Below, in pieces: positions 39,932-47,658 of a DNA stretch of 47,658 bases. How positions within the stretch are numbered: position 1 is the first letter of the stretch; each line of letters opens with the position of its first letter. The stretch lies in the IMG/VR virus record IMGVR_UViG_3300023371_000089, positions 64,001 to 111,658 of that record. One strand, written 5' to 3'. Both the position numbers and the translations under genes were made by a program. The notes below the pieces were generated by a model. That model did no database searches. It saw nothing but the letters and a program-made list of their open reading frames with translations, and was not told the origin of the DNA. Source of the stretch: a virus. Taxonomy: Duplodnaviria; Heunggongvirae; Uroviricota; Caudoviricetes.

Positions 39932-40160
39932 CTTCTTCAACTTTTTCTTCTTTATCTTTGTCCACCTTTTCACTCTTTTTAGGTTTACGTTTAACCTCAA
40001 CGGGAGTTTCAATAACAGTGGGTTCAATTTTTTCTACATTTATGTCATTTGTTATCACAACAGGTTCAATAACAGTAGGCTCAGCACTTCGTTTTACCAT
40101 TATTCTACTGTCAAACCTATCTTGACGAACATTTCTTGCTTTTTTCGAAACATAAAGCAT
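39918..40160 (-). CDS. Small charged hypothetical protein (80 aa)
   Basis: ATG 18 nt downstream of a TATTTATA motif; repeated (V/I)EPTVIE. Confidence 0.7.
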   Translation of the reverse strand: MLYVSKKARNVRQDRFDSRIMVKRSAEPTVIEPVVITNDINVEKIEPTVIETPVEVKRKPKKSEKVDKDKEEKVEEDGRE

Positions 40161-40178
40161 AACTGCACAATATTTTCA

Positions 40179-40186
40179 TATAAATA
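40179..40186 (-). promoter_or_regulatory. Putative late-promoter motif TATTTATA heading the operon that ends in rpsU
   Basis: 18 nt before the 40160 ATG. Confidence 0.65.
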
Positions 40187-40207
40187 TCAGTTAAAACAAG
40201 AAAATAA

Positions 40208-40807
40208 TCAAGTATTTGCGTAACAAAACATTGCTGCAATTATAATATTGTTGTCTTCAAAGAAAATTTTCTCTTCTTCAGTTAAAAAACTGTTTTCTGT
40301 TGTAACATTTGTAAATCTTTTTTTAATCAAACTATATATTTTCTTCTTTTTCACCCCAACATATTCACAATCATCCAAAGAAATACCCAAAACCCTTTCA
40401 CCATATGCGATATATAATGTCTTTTCTGTGAAATAAAAAGATTTTGGAGTATCATCTTGTAAAAAACGCAAAAAACCACGAAATTTCTTCCTCGAACATG
40501 TCAAAACATTGAAAAATGTGTATTTTATTGTCTTTTTAAGACGTTTTAAAACCTCTTTTTTGAAATTTTCAATATCACGTTCATTGTCTGAACGTTTCTC
40601 AGTTGTTGCAAATGTCCAAAATATATTATCACTCGTAATTCTCTCAATGTAATCCAATTTTTCAGTAAGCATAACCTCAGCGTTAGATACACCAATCACT
40701 AATGTAGGCAGAGATTTATCAACACCATCCAACGTATCAGATAAGTTAATAAACCTGTTGAACCTATATCTCTCTAATTTTGAAATTATGTTTCCTATAT
40801 AACGCAT
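40208..40807 (-). CDS. Hypothetical protein (199 aa)
   Basis: Open ORF with its own Bacteroidota-type promoter. Confidence 0.78.
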   Translation of the reverse strand: MRYIGNIISKLERYRFNRFINLSDTLDGVDKSLPTLVIGVSNAEVMLTEKLDYIERITSDNIFWTFATTEKRSDNERDIENFKKEVLKRLKKTIKYTFFNVLTCSRKKFRGFLRFLQDDTPKSFYFTEKTLYIAYGERVLGISLDDCEYVGVKKKKIYSLIKKRFTNVTTENSFLTEEEKIFFEDNNIIIAAMFCYANT

Positions 40808-40846
40808 AAAAGACTATTTTCACAAAATTTTCTGCAAAAATAGTCT
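40808..40846 (-). terminator. Probable terminator after the hub/amidase gene, overlapping the next promoter
   Basis: AGACTATTTT...AAAATAGTCT 10-bp arms with wobble-paired interior, then TTT. Confidence 0.55.
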
Positions 40847-40865
40847 CTTTTTACTAAAACACAAA
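40835..40865 (-). promoter_or_regulatory. Bacteroidota primary-sigma promoter for 40208..40807
   Basis: TTTG (40865-40862), 19-nt spacer, TATTTTTG (40842-40835). Confidence 0.8.
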
Positions 40866-40868
40866 AAG

Positions 40869-43800
40869 TTATTTCAAAAAACTTGTGAAAAATTTCCCAA
40901 AACCCCATTTTTCTTCATTAGTTGTCTCATCAGCAGATACCGTTTCGCTATATACCTTAGGGGACATCTTCATGAAAAAGTCATCAATTCCATCAGCATG
41001 TAATTTAGCGAAAAATGCAGCCCCACCTTTCGAACCTAAAAATCTAACACCATTGGTATTCGTATGGAATACATTCTCAGTAAGGACTGTAGGAGCAAGA
41101 GAGTATGTTGTTGGTCTAATGCCCTTATACGATTCACTGAAAACCTTAGGTTCGGAGTAAACACGAACGTTACCAATCTCATTATGTTGCTTGAACGATA
41201 ACTCCCCGAAATTCTTAGCAGCAGCGGAACCAATACATTGGGCCAAGACAGTACTTACATCAACATGCGGCGCTTCCTTATATGCGCTTAAATAACTTAT
41301 ATACTCTCGCGACTGTCGATAAACAGACCAATAATTAGCATCATTCATCGTCTCACCATTACCCGCAGCATTACTATGTATTGAAATCAATATGCAATTA
41401 CCATTCTTTTCACGATATATATTGTTCACTATTGGCAAAAAATTGGTAATAGAATCCGCGTCAACGCCTTTTGATGAAACAATTCTTACATCAGGATAAC
41501 CTCGCGATTCAAGTTCCTTTTTAAGTGCATCAGCAATCTTTCGATTTCCCCAATACTCCCTATATCGGCCCGTACCTTCCCCATTGATACCAAGTCCATC
41601 GACAAACGCTCGCGAACCATCTGTTTTCTTGGCTCTCATTGTACCATCAACATCCAAATCCGGGGTAAACTCTTCCGTCCCACCCCAAACATCAGCCGCA
41701 TCTATCTTTGGCGACTGTTTTCCTGACGTTTTCATATCATGCCCCGCATCAATCATAATTGTGGTATCATACTTATTGTATGGTATTGACGTAGCCACAG
41801 GTACTGAGTTATCACTAATTGTTGAATATACCTCAATCTCACCATGGTCACCTATTTGCGAATCAACATTTGTTGATTTCAATGACGTAATATTAGCATC
41901 CTTCTTGGAATCAAGTTCAAAACGATTCTTGTTTATCCTAACACCTTCAAAAGAAGTCGTCATCCCATTCTTGGTGATATTATGTTCGACATGTATTATG
42001 AAATAACCGCCTTTAAATAACGGTATGTTATTCAATTGGAAGTATGTCATTGGCATAATCTGCACATTACCCATCATTTCAACTTTACATGTATACGACT
42101 TAGTTGCATATACATCAAAAATATCATGAGCCTCAAAACCAAGAGCATTAGCACCTGAATTACCCTGTTGTGATATAAGAAGTTCAGACATCAACGAATG
42201 GGCAGTTGCTTTAGGATTATCCATACCAACAGAAATATCCTTAAAAAATCTTTGTGTTGACAAACCATAAGTTACACCAAAGACGGGGACGTCATTCCTA
42301 TTATCATCATCGTCATATTTCCTAACAAAGTCATTCGTCTGCATAAGGAAATCGACACCGTCATCATCATACCCATTATAAGCCGCGGTATTGTTCAAGT
42401 GTTCCGAAGGTTTATGAGAATATACACCAATATAAGTCGTCACCATTGCACTATCATCTACCGCCATATACGGATATGGAGTGAATACTTCTTTCATCTT
42501 TTCAAGACTACTAAGATATTCATATGTATTGACAGGCAAGGCACATAAAGTGATATTACTAAACTTACAAATCTCATATATGAATGAATATACGGACATT
42601 TCAGAAGAACCATCCATAATTTTTCTAATGAGTTTGCTCAATTCTTCAGGATTTACCACATAACTCTTTTTAATATCACTGTAATGGCTATCATAAAACA
42701 CAAAATTATTTATATCAACCTTATAATTTTGCGCAGAGCCACTATTACCAGCAGACCTTATTGCACCAAATTTCCATCGGTCATAAAGTTCTTTCAACGT
42801 CATATACGTGGCCAATTTCTTATCACGAGAACCATAAGTCTCTCCATTTCGCAATACAGTACTCTCAGTATTCTCTATTTCCCCACAAAGCGATTTTATC
42901 TTGTCTATGAAATATTTTACGGCATTTTCACCTTTTTGTTGATTTTCACTGTCTCCAATAACAGACATTCCCAATATACAGTCGCTACACACTTTTTCCT
43001 TTTTACCCTTTTTTTTACCCTTTTTTTTACCCTCAGTATTGAAAACCGAATTCTTTTTTCCATGAAGATTAAAAATAACAACATCTTCTTGGAAGATTTG
43101 CTTCAAAATATCTTTAGCAGCATCAGGTAAAATATATAAGTTATATTTATTTTTTTCACTTACCCTATTTTTTTCCGTACATAAATCAACTATTTGCTTT
43201 AACTTACCATATAATTCATTGGCAAATTTTTCATAAAGTGAATCCTCACTTCTAAAATATTTTTCCAACGAACCATAAGTAACATCTTTATTATATTCAC
43301 CAACATACCCAAAATAAACAAAAAGAAGTTTCGGCATCTTAAATATACCATGATATTGAATATCTGTCATTCCTGAAGCATTTATATCCCCTTGTGGGTA
43401 TATGTTACCGGAATTTATCATTCCCAATTGCGTGAAAAATTGTCTAAACAATTCTTTTCGTTCTATATTACCATTACGACCTGCCCTTACTACTTTTACA
43501 TTCGTAATAAAATCAATATCCGCTTCTTCAAAACCAGCATCATTAGGGTAGTATTCTTTTAAAACCATTCTTGTATATGGAGCAAAAGATTGTACTAAAT
43601 TAAAATTAATGTCCTCTAAAAAAGAATCGATTTTTCTAATATTTGAACCATCATTTCCGTAACGCCATACCTCACTATCACTATAGTCCCATGGGTCCCA
43701 TTTTGTATATTCCCATTCATTATCTTTGTTTTTGGTTTTTAATATAAAACCAGTATTATTTCTGTCTCTTTTTACATCATCATCGAAATACCCATATTTC

Positions 43801-46004
43801 CTTTGAAATATCTGAGGAAAAACATTCGAATAGCCATCAAGATTTCCATTCTTGGAATTAATCCAACCCATGACATTATCCATTCTCATGTCATAACCGT
43901 TAATCTCAAGCTGACTACATTCATCACTCCACACATTTTTTTCACCGGCTGTTAAAATTTTTTTTCCACGGCCCGTGTCAATAGTGTCTTTATCATCATT
44001 ATGATATACCTTATAATCTATTGAATATGTTTGGGTACCATCATATGATGCAAGATAGTTTTCAAGATATTCCTTAACTTTTTCTGTTGCATGGTTAGCA
44101 TCCCAAACGGACGAATCCTTAAGTATTTTTCTCTTGGATGATTGTGAATTACACATAAAGAGATTTAATGCTTCAACCTCGGCAAATGTTTTCAATGACA
44201 GCGCTGTATCCTCCCCCTGATTGAACATATAGCGAAGGGCTAACCTCTTGGCAAATATCTTCAAAGCCTCAGGAATCTTCCCACCATCAGCCTCAAGTGG
44301 TGCCCCACTATAAAACACATTATCGCTACCGCCCTCATAAAGGTCAGTCAAAAGTGATGGAATACCACCCTGTGGAAAACCACTCCATTTTGTAGAACTA
44401 TCAAAATCCGCAAGAACATCAGCAGCCCCCTTTGCATATGATGTTGCGCCCTTTACAACATACTCAACAAAATCCCTTTCATCATAGTTACTAAGTTGAG
44501 GGCTGTCAGCATCGCCAATCCAAATATATTTCTTATCAGATGTTAACATTGGAAATGGCGGCACCGTAAGTTCACGATTTCCGTGTTCCCTACAATCAGT
44601 ATCATAATGTATTTCAGTAAGTTTACGGTTCATGCGATGACCATCAATGTTAGTCATGCATCGTTCCATATTCTTATAGAACTTATCAAGATGTGCAAGA
44701 ACCATTTCAATCACATTACCGATAGTAGGGTCCCATCCCAATTCATTTGTGAAAATATCTATTATTCTGTTATTTATCGCTTTTGTATTATTTTCTTCTT
44801 CAACAGCAATCGCCTTTGAAATCTCCCTAACCTTCTTCTTATCACTATCATAATTCCATACCAACTTTACTTCAGACTGTATATTTACACTTTCAAAATT
44901 TTTGGTGTTTATATCAAGTTCCGAAATACGATGAACCACTGCAAACTCATTTTGATTATATAAAGTATAAGCATTTTGAATGTTTTCTTTGTACAAACAA
45001 AGTTGTTTATACGTTGTTTCAACGTTATCATCCTTTACGGTGTTACCTTTGGCGTCAACTGTTTTTCTTTTCAACGTATATATTTTTTCAAATTTATCTA
45101 ACACGCTTTCAGCAATTGTGCATTCATAAACTTCCGAAGTCACCATGTCGTTATGAAGTTTTTCAATTGCCCCATCAAGTTCATTAATGAGTTTCTTACA
45201 TTCACTAATATTTTTACCAACATTTTTACTAACAGTAAGTCCTTCATTCTGGCTTGAATTTTTAATCGCGTTGGTAATCTTACCCATGAAATCCGAAAAT
45301 GTAGGTATTGTACTCTCCCCCTTTATTTCTTTATTGAAATGAAAACTCCCAAGGTCAGAAGATTCACCTCCATAATTGATATGAGGGGCAATAAGAAGAT
45401 ATTGCATTGGAATATCATTAAGATACCCAAACATGTAACCTATAAATTTAACAACAAACTCAAAATTACCTGTTGCTGAATTGAAATTTGAACGAACATC
45501 TCTTACCGTTAACTTATATGTTACGGGTTTGCCATAATAACCTTTCACAGTCAACTTAAAAATTGGATATGGAAAAGAAAATAGAGCATTCAAAAATGAA
45601 CCCTTCTTGTTCCTATCATCCCTACGCGCCTCCATAGGACTCATAAGAGCATTACCCCTAAGGTCAATAAATTTAATATCCACCTCAGGAAAATACCATG
45701 TATTATACCGTATATTAATGTATTCAATACCTATTGAATCCATGTTTCCCCCATTGTGAGGGTCAAGCGAAGAAATGTCCGAATATGAGGTTGTCATATA
45801 ATCCCCATCCTTATTTCCAAACAAATCAACATTATCAATAATAGTAGTCCATGACCCTACCGTTGTTCCGGTACTACTTCCATCATTACTACCCGACAAT
45901 GGACGGCCCGGCACATCAACCTCTAACCTCACGCCAATGCAAAGGTCTTCATTGTTAAACGGTAAATCATTAGGCTCCAAATAGTGTACTGTTGTTACAT
46001 CCAT
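40869..46004 (-). CDS. Baseplate hub / virion-associated lysin with C-terminal N-acetylmuramoyl-L-alanine amidase (Amidase_3) (1711 aa)
   Basis: Zn-amidase motifs IMIDAGH, REY, ISIHSNA and VLTENVF at the C-terminus. N-terminal hub-like IKFIDLRG...PYPIFKLTVKGYYG. Follows a gp53-like gene. Confidence 0.8.
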   Translation of the reverse strand: MDVTTVHYLEPNDLPFNNEDLCIGVRLEVDVPGRPLSGSNDGSSTGTTVGSWTTIIDNVDLFGNKDGDYMTTSYSDISSLDPHNGGNMDSIGIEYINIRYNTWYFPEVDIKFIDLRGNALMSPMEARRDDRNKKGSFLNALFSFPYPIFKLTVKGYYGKPVTYKLTVRDVRSNFNSATGNFEFVVKFIGYMFGYLNDIPMQYLLIAPHINYGGESSDLGSFHFNKEIKGESTIPTFSDFMGKITNAIKNSSQNEGLTVSKNVGKNISECKKLINELDGAIEKLHNDMVTSEVYECTIAESVLDKFEKIYTLKRKTVDAKGNTVKDDNVETTYKQLCLYKENIQNAYTLYNQNEFAVVHRISELDINTKNFESVNIQSEVKLVWNYDSDKKKVREISKAIAVEEENNTKAINNRIIDIFTNELGWDPTIGNVIEMVLAHLDKFYKNMERCMTNIDGHRMNRKLTEIHYDTDCREHGNRELTVPPFPMLTSDKKYIWIGDADSPQLSNYDERDFVEYVVKGATSYAKGAADVLADFDSSTKWSGFPQGGIPSLLTDLYEGGSDNVFYSGAPLEADGGKIPEALKIFAKRLALRYMFNQGEDTALSLKTFAEVEALNLFMCNSQSSKRKILKDSSVWDANHATEKVKEYLENYLASYDGTQTYSIDYKVYHNDDKDTIDTGRGKKILTAGEKNVWSDECSQLEINGYDMRMDNVMGWINSKNGNLDGYSNVFPQIFQRKYGYFDDDVKRDRNNTGFILKTKNKDNEWEYTKWDPWDYSDSEVWRYGNDGSNIRKIDSFLEDINFNLVQSFAPYTRMVLKEYYPNDAGFEEADIDFITNVKVVRAGRNGNIERKELFRQFFTQLGMINSGNIYPQGDINASGMTDIQYHGIFKMPKLLFVYFGYVGEYNKDVTYGSLEKYFRSEDSLYEKFANELYGKLKQIVDLCTEKNRVSEKNKYNLYILPDAAKDILKQIFQEDVVIFNLHGKKNSVFNTEGKKKGKKKGKKEKVCSDCILGMSVIGDSENQQKGENAVKYFIDKIKSLCGEIENTESTVLRNGETYGSRDKKLATYMTLKELYDRWKFGAIRSAGNSGSAQNYKVDINNFVFYDSHYSDIKKSYVVNPEELSKLIRKIMDGSSEMSVYSFIYEICKFSNITLCALPVNTYEYLSSLEKMKEVFTPYPYMAVDDSAMVTTYIGVYSHKPSEHLNNTAAYNGYDDDGVDFLMQTNDFVRKYDDDDNRNDVPVFGVTYGLSTQRFFKDISVGMDNPKATAHSLMSELLISQQGNSGANALGFEAHDIFDVYATKSYTCKVEMMGNVQIMPMTYFQLNNIPLFKGGYFIIHVEHNITKNGMTTSFEGVRINKNRFELDSKKDANITSLKSTNVDSQIGDHGEIEVYSTISDNSVPVATSIPYNKYDTTIMIDAGHDMKTSGKQSPKIDAADVWGGTEEFTPDLDVDGTMRAKKTDGSRAFVDGLGINGEGTGRYREYWGNRKIADALKKELESRGYPDVRIVSSKGVDADSITNFLPIVNNIYREKNGNCILISIHSNAAGNGETMNDANYWSVYRQSREYISYLSAYKEAPHVDVSTVLAQCIGSAAAKNFGELSFKQHNEIGNVRVYSEPKVFSESYKGIRPTTYSLAPTVLTENVFHTNTNGVRFLGSKGGAAFFAKLHADGIDDFFMKMSPKVYSETVSADETTNEEKWGFGKFFTSFLK
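43000..43032 (-). repeat. 12-bp tandem repeat (plus strand TTTTTTTTACCC) encoding GKKKGKKKGKK
   Basis: Two perfect 12-mers at 43009 and 43021 plus a partial copy at 43000. Confidence 0.85.
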
Positions 46005-46006
46005 TA

Positions 46007-46321
46007 TCAAATATTGTTATATGCTTTATAATTTTCAATGTCGCTATCATATCTTGAAAGAGTGATATTAAGAGGGTACGGAATTCTTATTTGCGCCTTA
46101 TCAGGAATCATATATTCAAGAGAACCATACTGAGGATTAGCCTGCATTATCAGCCATGCATAGTCAGGGTCCTTATAATAATTGTAAGAAAGGATATCCA
46201 AACGTGTCTTACCCTTCTCATACACCTCATAATAATCAGTATCTTTTACGGGAATAGGAATGAACGGAGGAAAAAGCGTATCTCCGTTCACCCTAAATTT
46301 ACCATATCTATCGTAAGCCAT
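46007..46321 (-). CDS. Baseplate wedge protein, T4 gp53/LysM-like (104 aa)
   Basis: TRLDILSYNYYKDPDYAWLIMQANP...IRIP motif. ATG at 46321. Confidence 0.85.
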   Translation of the reverse strand: MAYDRYGKFRVNGDTLFPPFIPIPVKDTDYYEVYEKGKTRLDILSYNYYKDPDYAWLIMQANPQYGSLEYMIPDKAQIRIPYPLNITLSRYDSDIENYKAYNNI

Positions 46322-46361
46322 GTTTTTTAACAAATATAGCGTTTATTATTCAAAAACTAAA

Positions 46362-47657
46362 TTATTGTTTCTTCAACTCAGGATTCCAAGTTCTTGCAGC
46401 CCTTACTCCACCATTATCATCATAAACCGATATATCACTCCTATTATCATATATTGATGTATTTGCATAGTAGTTAAACGATACTGCATTCTGCAGACGC
46501 TTAATCGGAGCAGAAATGTCGGAACCACCAATAATGTCAATATTCATTTGAACTTTGGCCATCATAAACTGAACACCAATCCCATCAGGGTTAAGGTCCC
46601 ACATACTGTCAGGATAAGTGATATTCACACTCTTAACAACAATCTTAGTATTCAAGAAATCACCCAGCCTAAGAATACAGAACGGCGCTCTTCCAAATGC
46701 AAGATTGGCTGCAGTTGTTTTTGTACCCAAATCGGAAGCGGTTACCGTAGGCCCCTGACGTGTACATTGCTGTAAGAACGTTAATCGAGCATTAAAACCC
46801 TCAGGAGTAATCGAATGATATGCAGGAGAGAAAAACTTCACCTTATCAATAAGATTCGAATATGCAATATCATCATTTTCTTTAAGCATTTGGAAGAAAA
46901 GACGTTCATCATCATATCGGCGATATCGTGTTTGACCTGTAGAAAAACTCTGGAATCTTTCATCAACCCCTTCACTAACAACGGCATTATCCGATACATC
47001 GCTGTTTATATAATCTTCACCAACAACAATCACAACCTTGGCATTCCTATCTTTCTTTGAAATGATGTCGGAAATATCTTTTGACTCATCTTGTGGGGTC
47101 TCAACGTTTGTTGTGCCTGATGTTGAATTAACTACATCAGGAGCATAACCATTTTCATCAGCACCAAACACAGGTAGAGATTTTAAATATTTTTTCAATA
47201 TCTCACCCCTTTGCTTACTAAGGGCATCATTTTTAGACCTTTGGCCATCAGAAGATGCATCTCCCACAATATTAGCCGATTTCACTTTAGTCTTTATATC
47301 TTTGGACTGCTGATTAAGAACTAAACCAATATATTTTATTCTTTCACTCACCTCATTAATCTTCTCTTCCAATTCCTCACCTTTCAAGTTCAAATACCTT
47401 TCCAAAATAGCGCGTTCACAAGCAAGTACAAAATCAGTATAGGTACCACCACTAATACCATCTTTTACACCTGCAAAAAACTCACCAAAACTACATGTAA
47501 CACTTCCATCACCAACTTCCCGTTTAACCACCTCATAGGTTGAATTAAGGCCGAACGAACGAAGGTCAGCATAATTTGCGGCCCATGTCAATTGTTCGTT
47601 ACTCTTATTAGAATCATAAGGGTATTCATATGCTTTTTTATTCTTATCGTTATCATA
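46362..47657 (-). CDS. C-terminal part of a baseplate/tail-tube-initiator-like protein with an OmpA-like motif (runs off right edge)
   Basis: The frame stays open from 47591 to the window end (...YDNDKNKKAYEYPYDSNKSNEQLTW). Contains GDASSDGQRSKNDALSKQRGEILKKYL (OmpA-C-like) and GRAPFCILRLGDF...VNITY (tube-initiator-like). Confidence 0.7.
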   Translation of the reverse strand, partial: YDNDKNKKAYEYPYDSNKSNEQLTWAANYADLRSFGLNSTYEVVKREVGDGSVTCSFGEFFAGVKDGISGGTYTDFVLACERAILERYLNLKGEELEEKINEVSERIKYIGLVLNQQSKDIKTKVKSANIVGDASSDGQRSKNDALSKQRGEILKKYLKSLPVFGADENGYAPDVVNSTSGTTNVETPQDESKDISDIISKKDRNAKVVIVVGEDYINSDVSDNAVVSEGVDERFQSFSTGQTRYRRYDDERLFFQMLKENDDIAYSNLIDKVKFFSPAYHSITPEGFNARLTFLQQCTRQGPTVTASDLGTKTTAANLAFGRAPFCILRLGDFLNTKIVVKSVNITYPDSMWDLNPDGIGVQFMMAKVQMNIDIIGGSDISAPIKRLQNAVSFNYYANTSIYDNRSDISVYDDNGGVRAARTWNPELKKQ

Positions 47658-47658
47658 A

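Noticed and set aside
32085-40868. tRNA or rRNA genes in intergenic gaps
   Set aside because: Gaps are short, AT-rich and explained by promoters and terminators; no T-loop GTTCRA cloverleaf was seen.
46331-46354. Host promoter in front of the gp53-like gene (TATATTTG)
   Set aside because: The nearest TTTG is only 12 nt away (19-20 expected) and the leader would be about 4 nt, so it is likely chance.
2519-47060. The many short plus-strand ORFs and nested minus-strand ORFs in the track (e.g. 4258..4638, 11566..12177, 42684..43130, 31337..31537)
   Set aside because: They are antisense or shadow frames of long genes, with Ser/Ile/Phe- or Met/Ile/Leu-rich composition and no promoters or start context.
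1-47658. Stop-codon reassignment (code 15 or code 4) as in Lak or some crAss-like phages
   Set aside because: Genes are full length under code 11, and real genes end in TAG (14927, 20949, 27097) and TGA (6043) with the next gene immediately following.

Overview
47.7 kb from a large, T4-like myovirus ('jumbo phage' type) that uses the standard genetic code (TAA, TAG and TGA all end genes). It almost certainly infects a Bacteroidota host, judged from TAnnTTTG/TTTG promoters, SD-less A/T-rich leaders, and a Bacteroidota-type bS21 and amidase. All genes but one are on the minus strand. Left to right: tail-fibre/tail-tip and baseplate genes (1-29.7 kb, ending in gp6/J-like and gp25-like wedge genes); a replication block (DnaB-like helicase, 5'-3' exonuclease, NAD-dependent ligase, RecA/UvsX, thymidine kinase, gp32-like SSB); a small operon ending in ribosomal protein bS21; then a 1.7k-aa hub protein with a C-terminal amidase, a gp53/LysM-like wedge protein, and a truncated OmpA-like/tube-initiator gene. 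Main observations: (1) the phage rpsU keeps Tyr54 and, unlike the other leaders examined, has a well-spaced AGGAG Shine-Dalgarno, suggesting a bS21 feedback circuit in a probable late operon; (2) an unannotated 38-aa acidic/aromatic peptide lies just upstream of the exonuclease, behind a palindrome-dense control region; (3) two promoter classes partition the window, host-sigma for replication genes and TATTTATA for structural genes; (4) one baseplate-region gene has a single frameshift; (5) GATC is strongly avoided. All family calls are by eye from motifs; no database searches were run.
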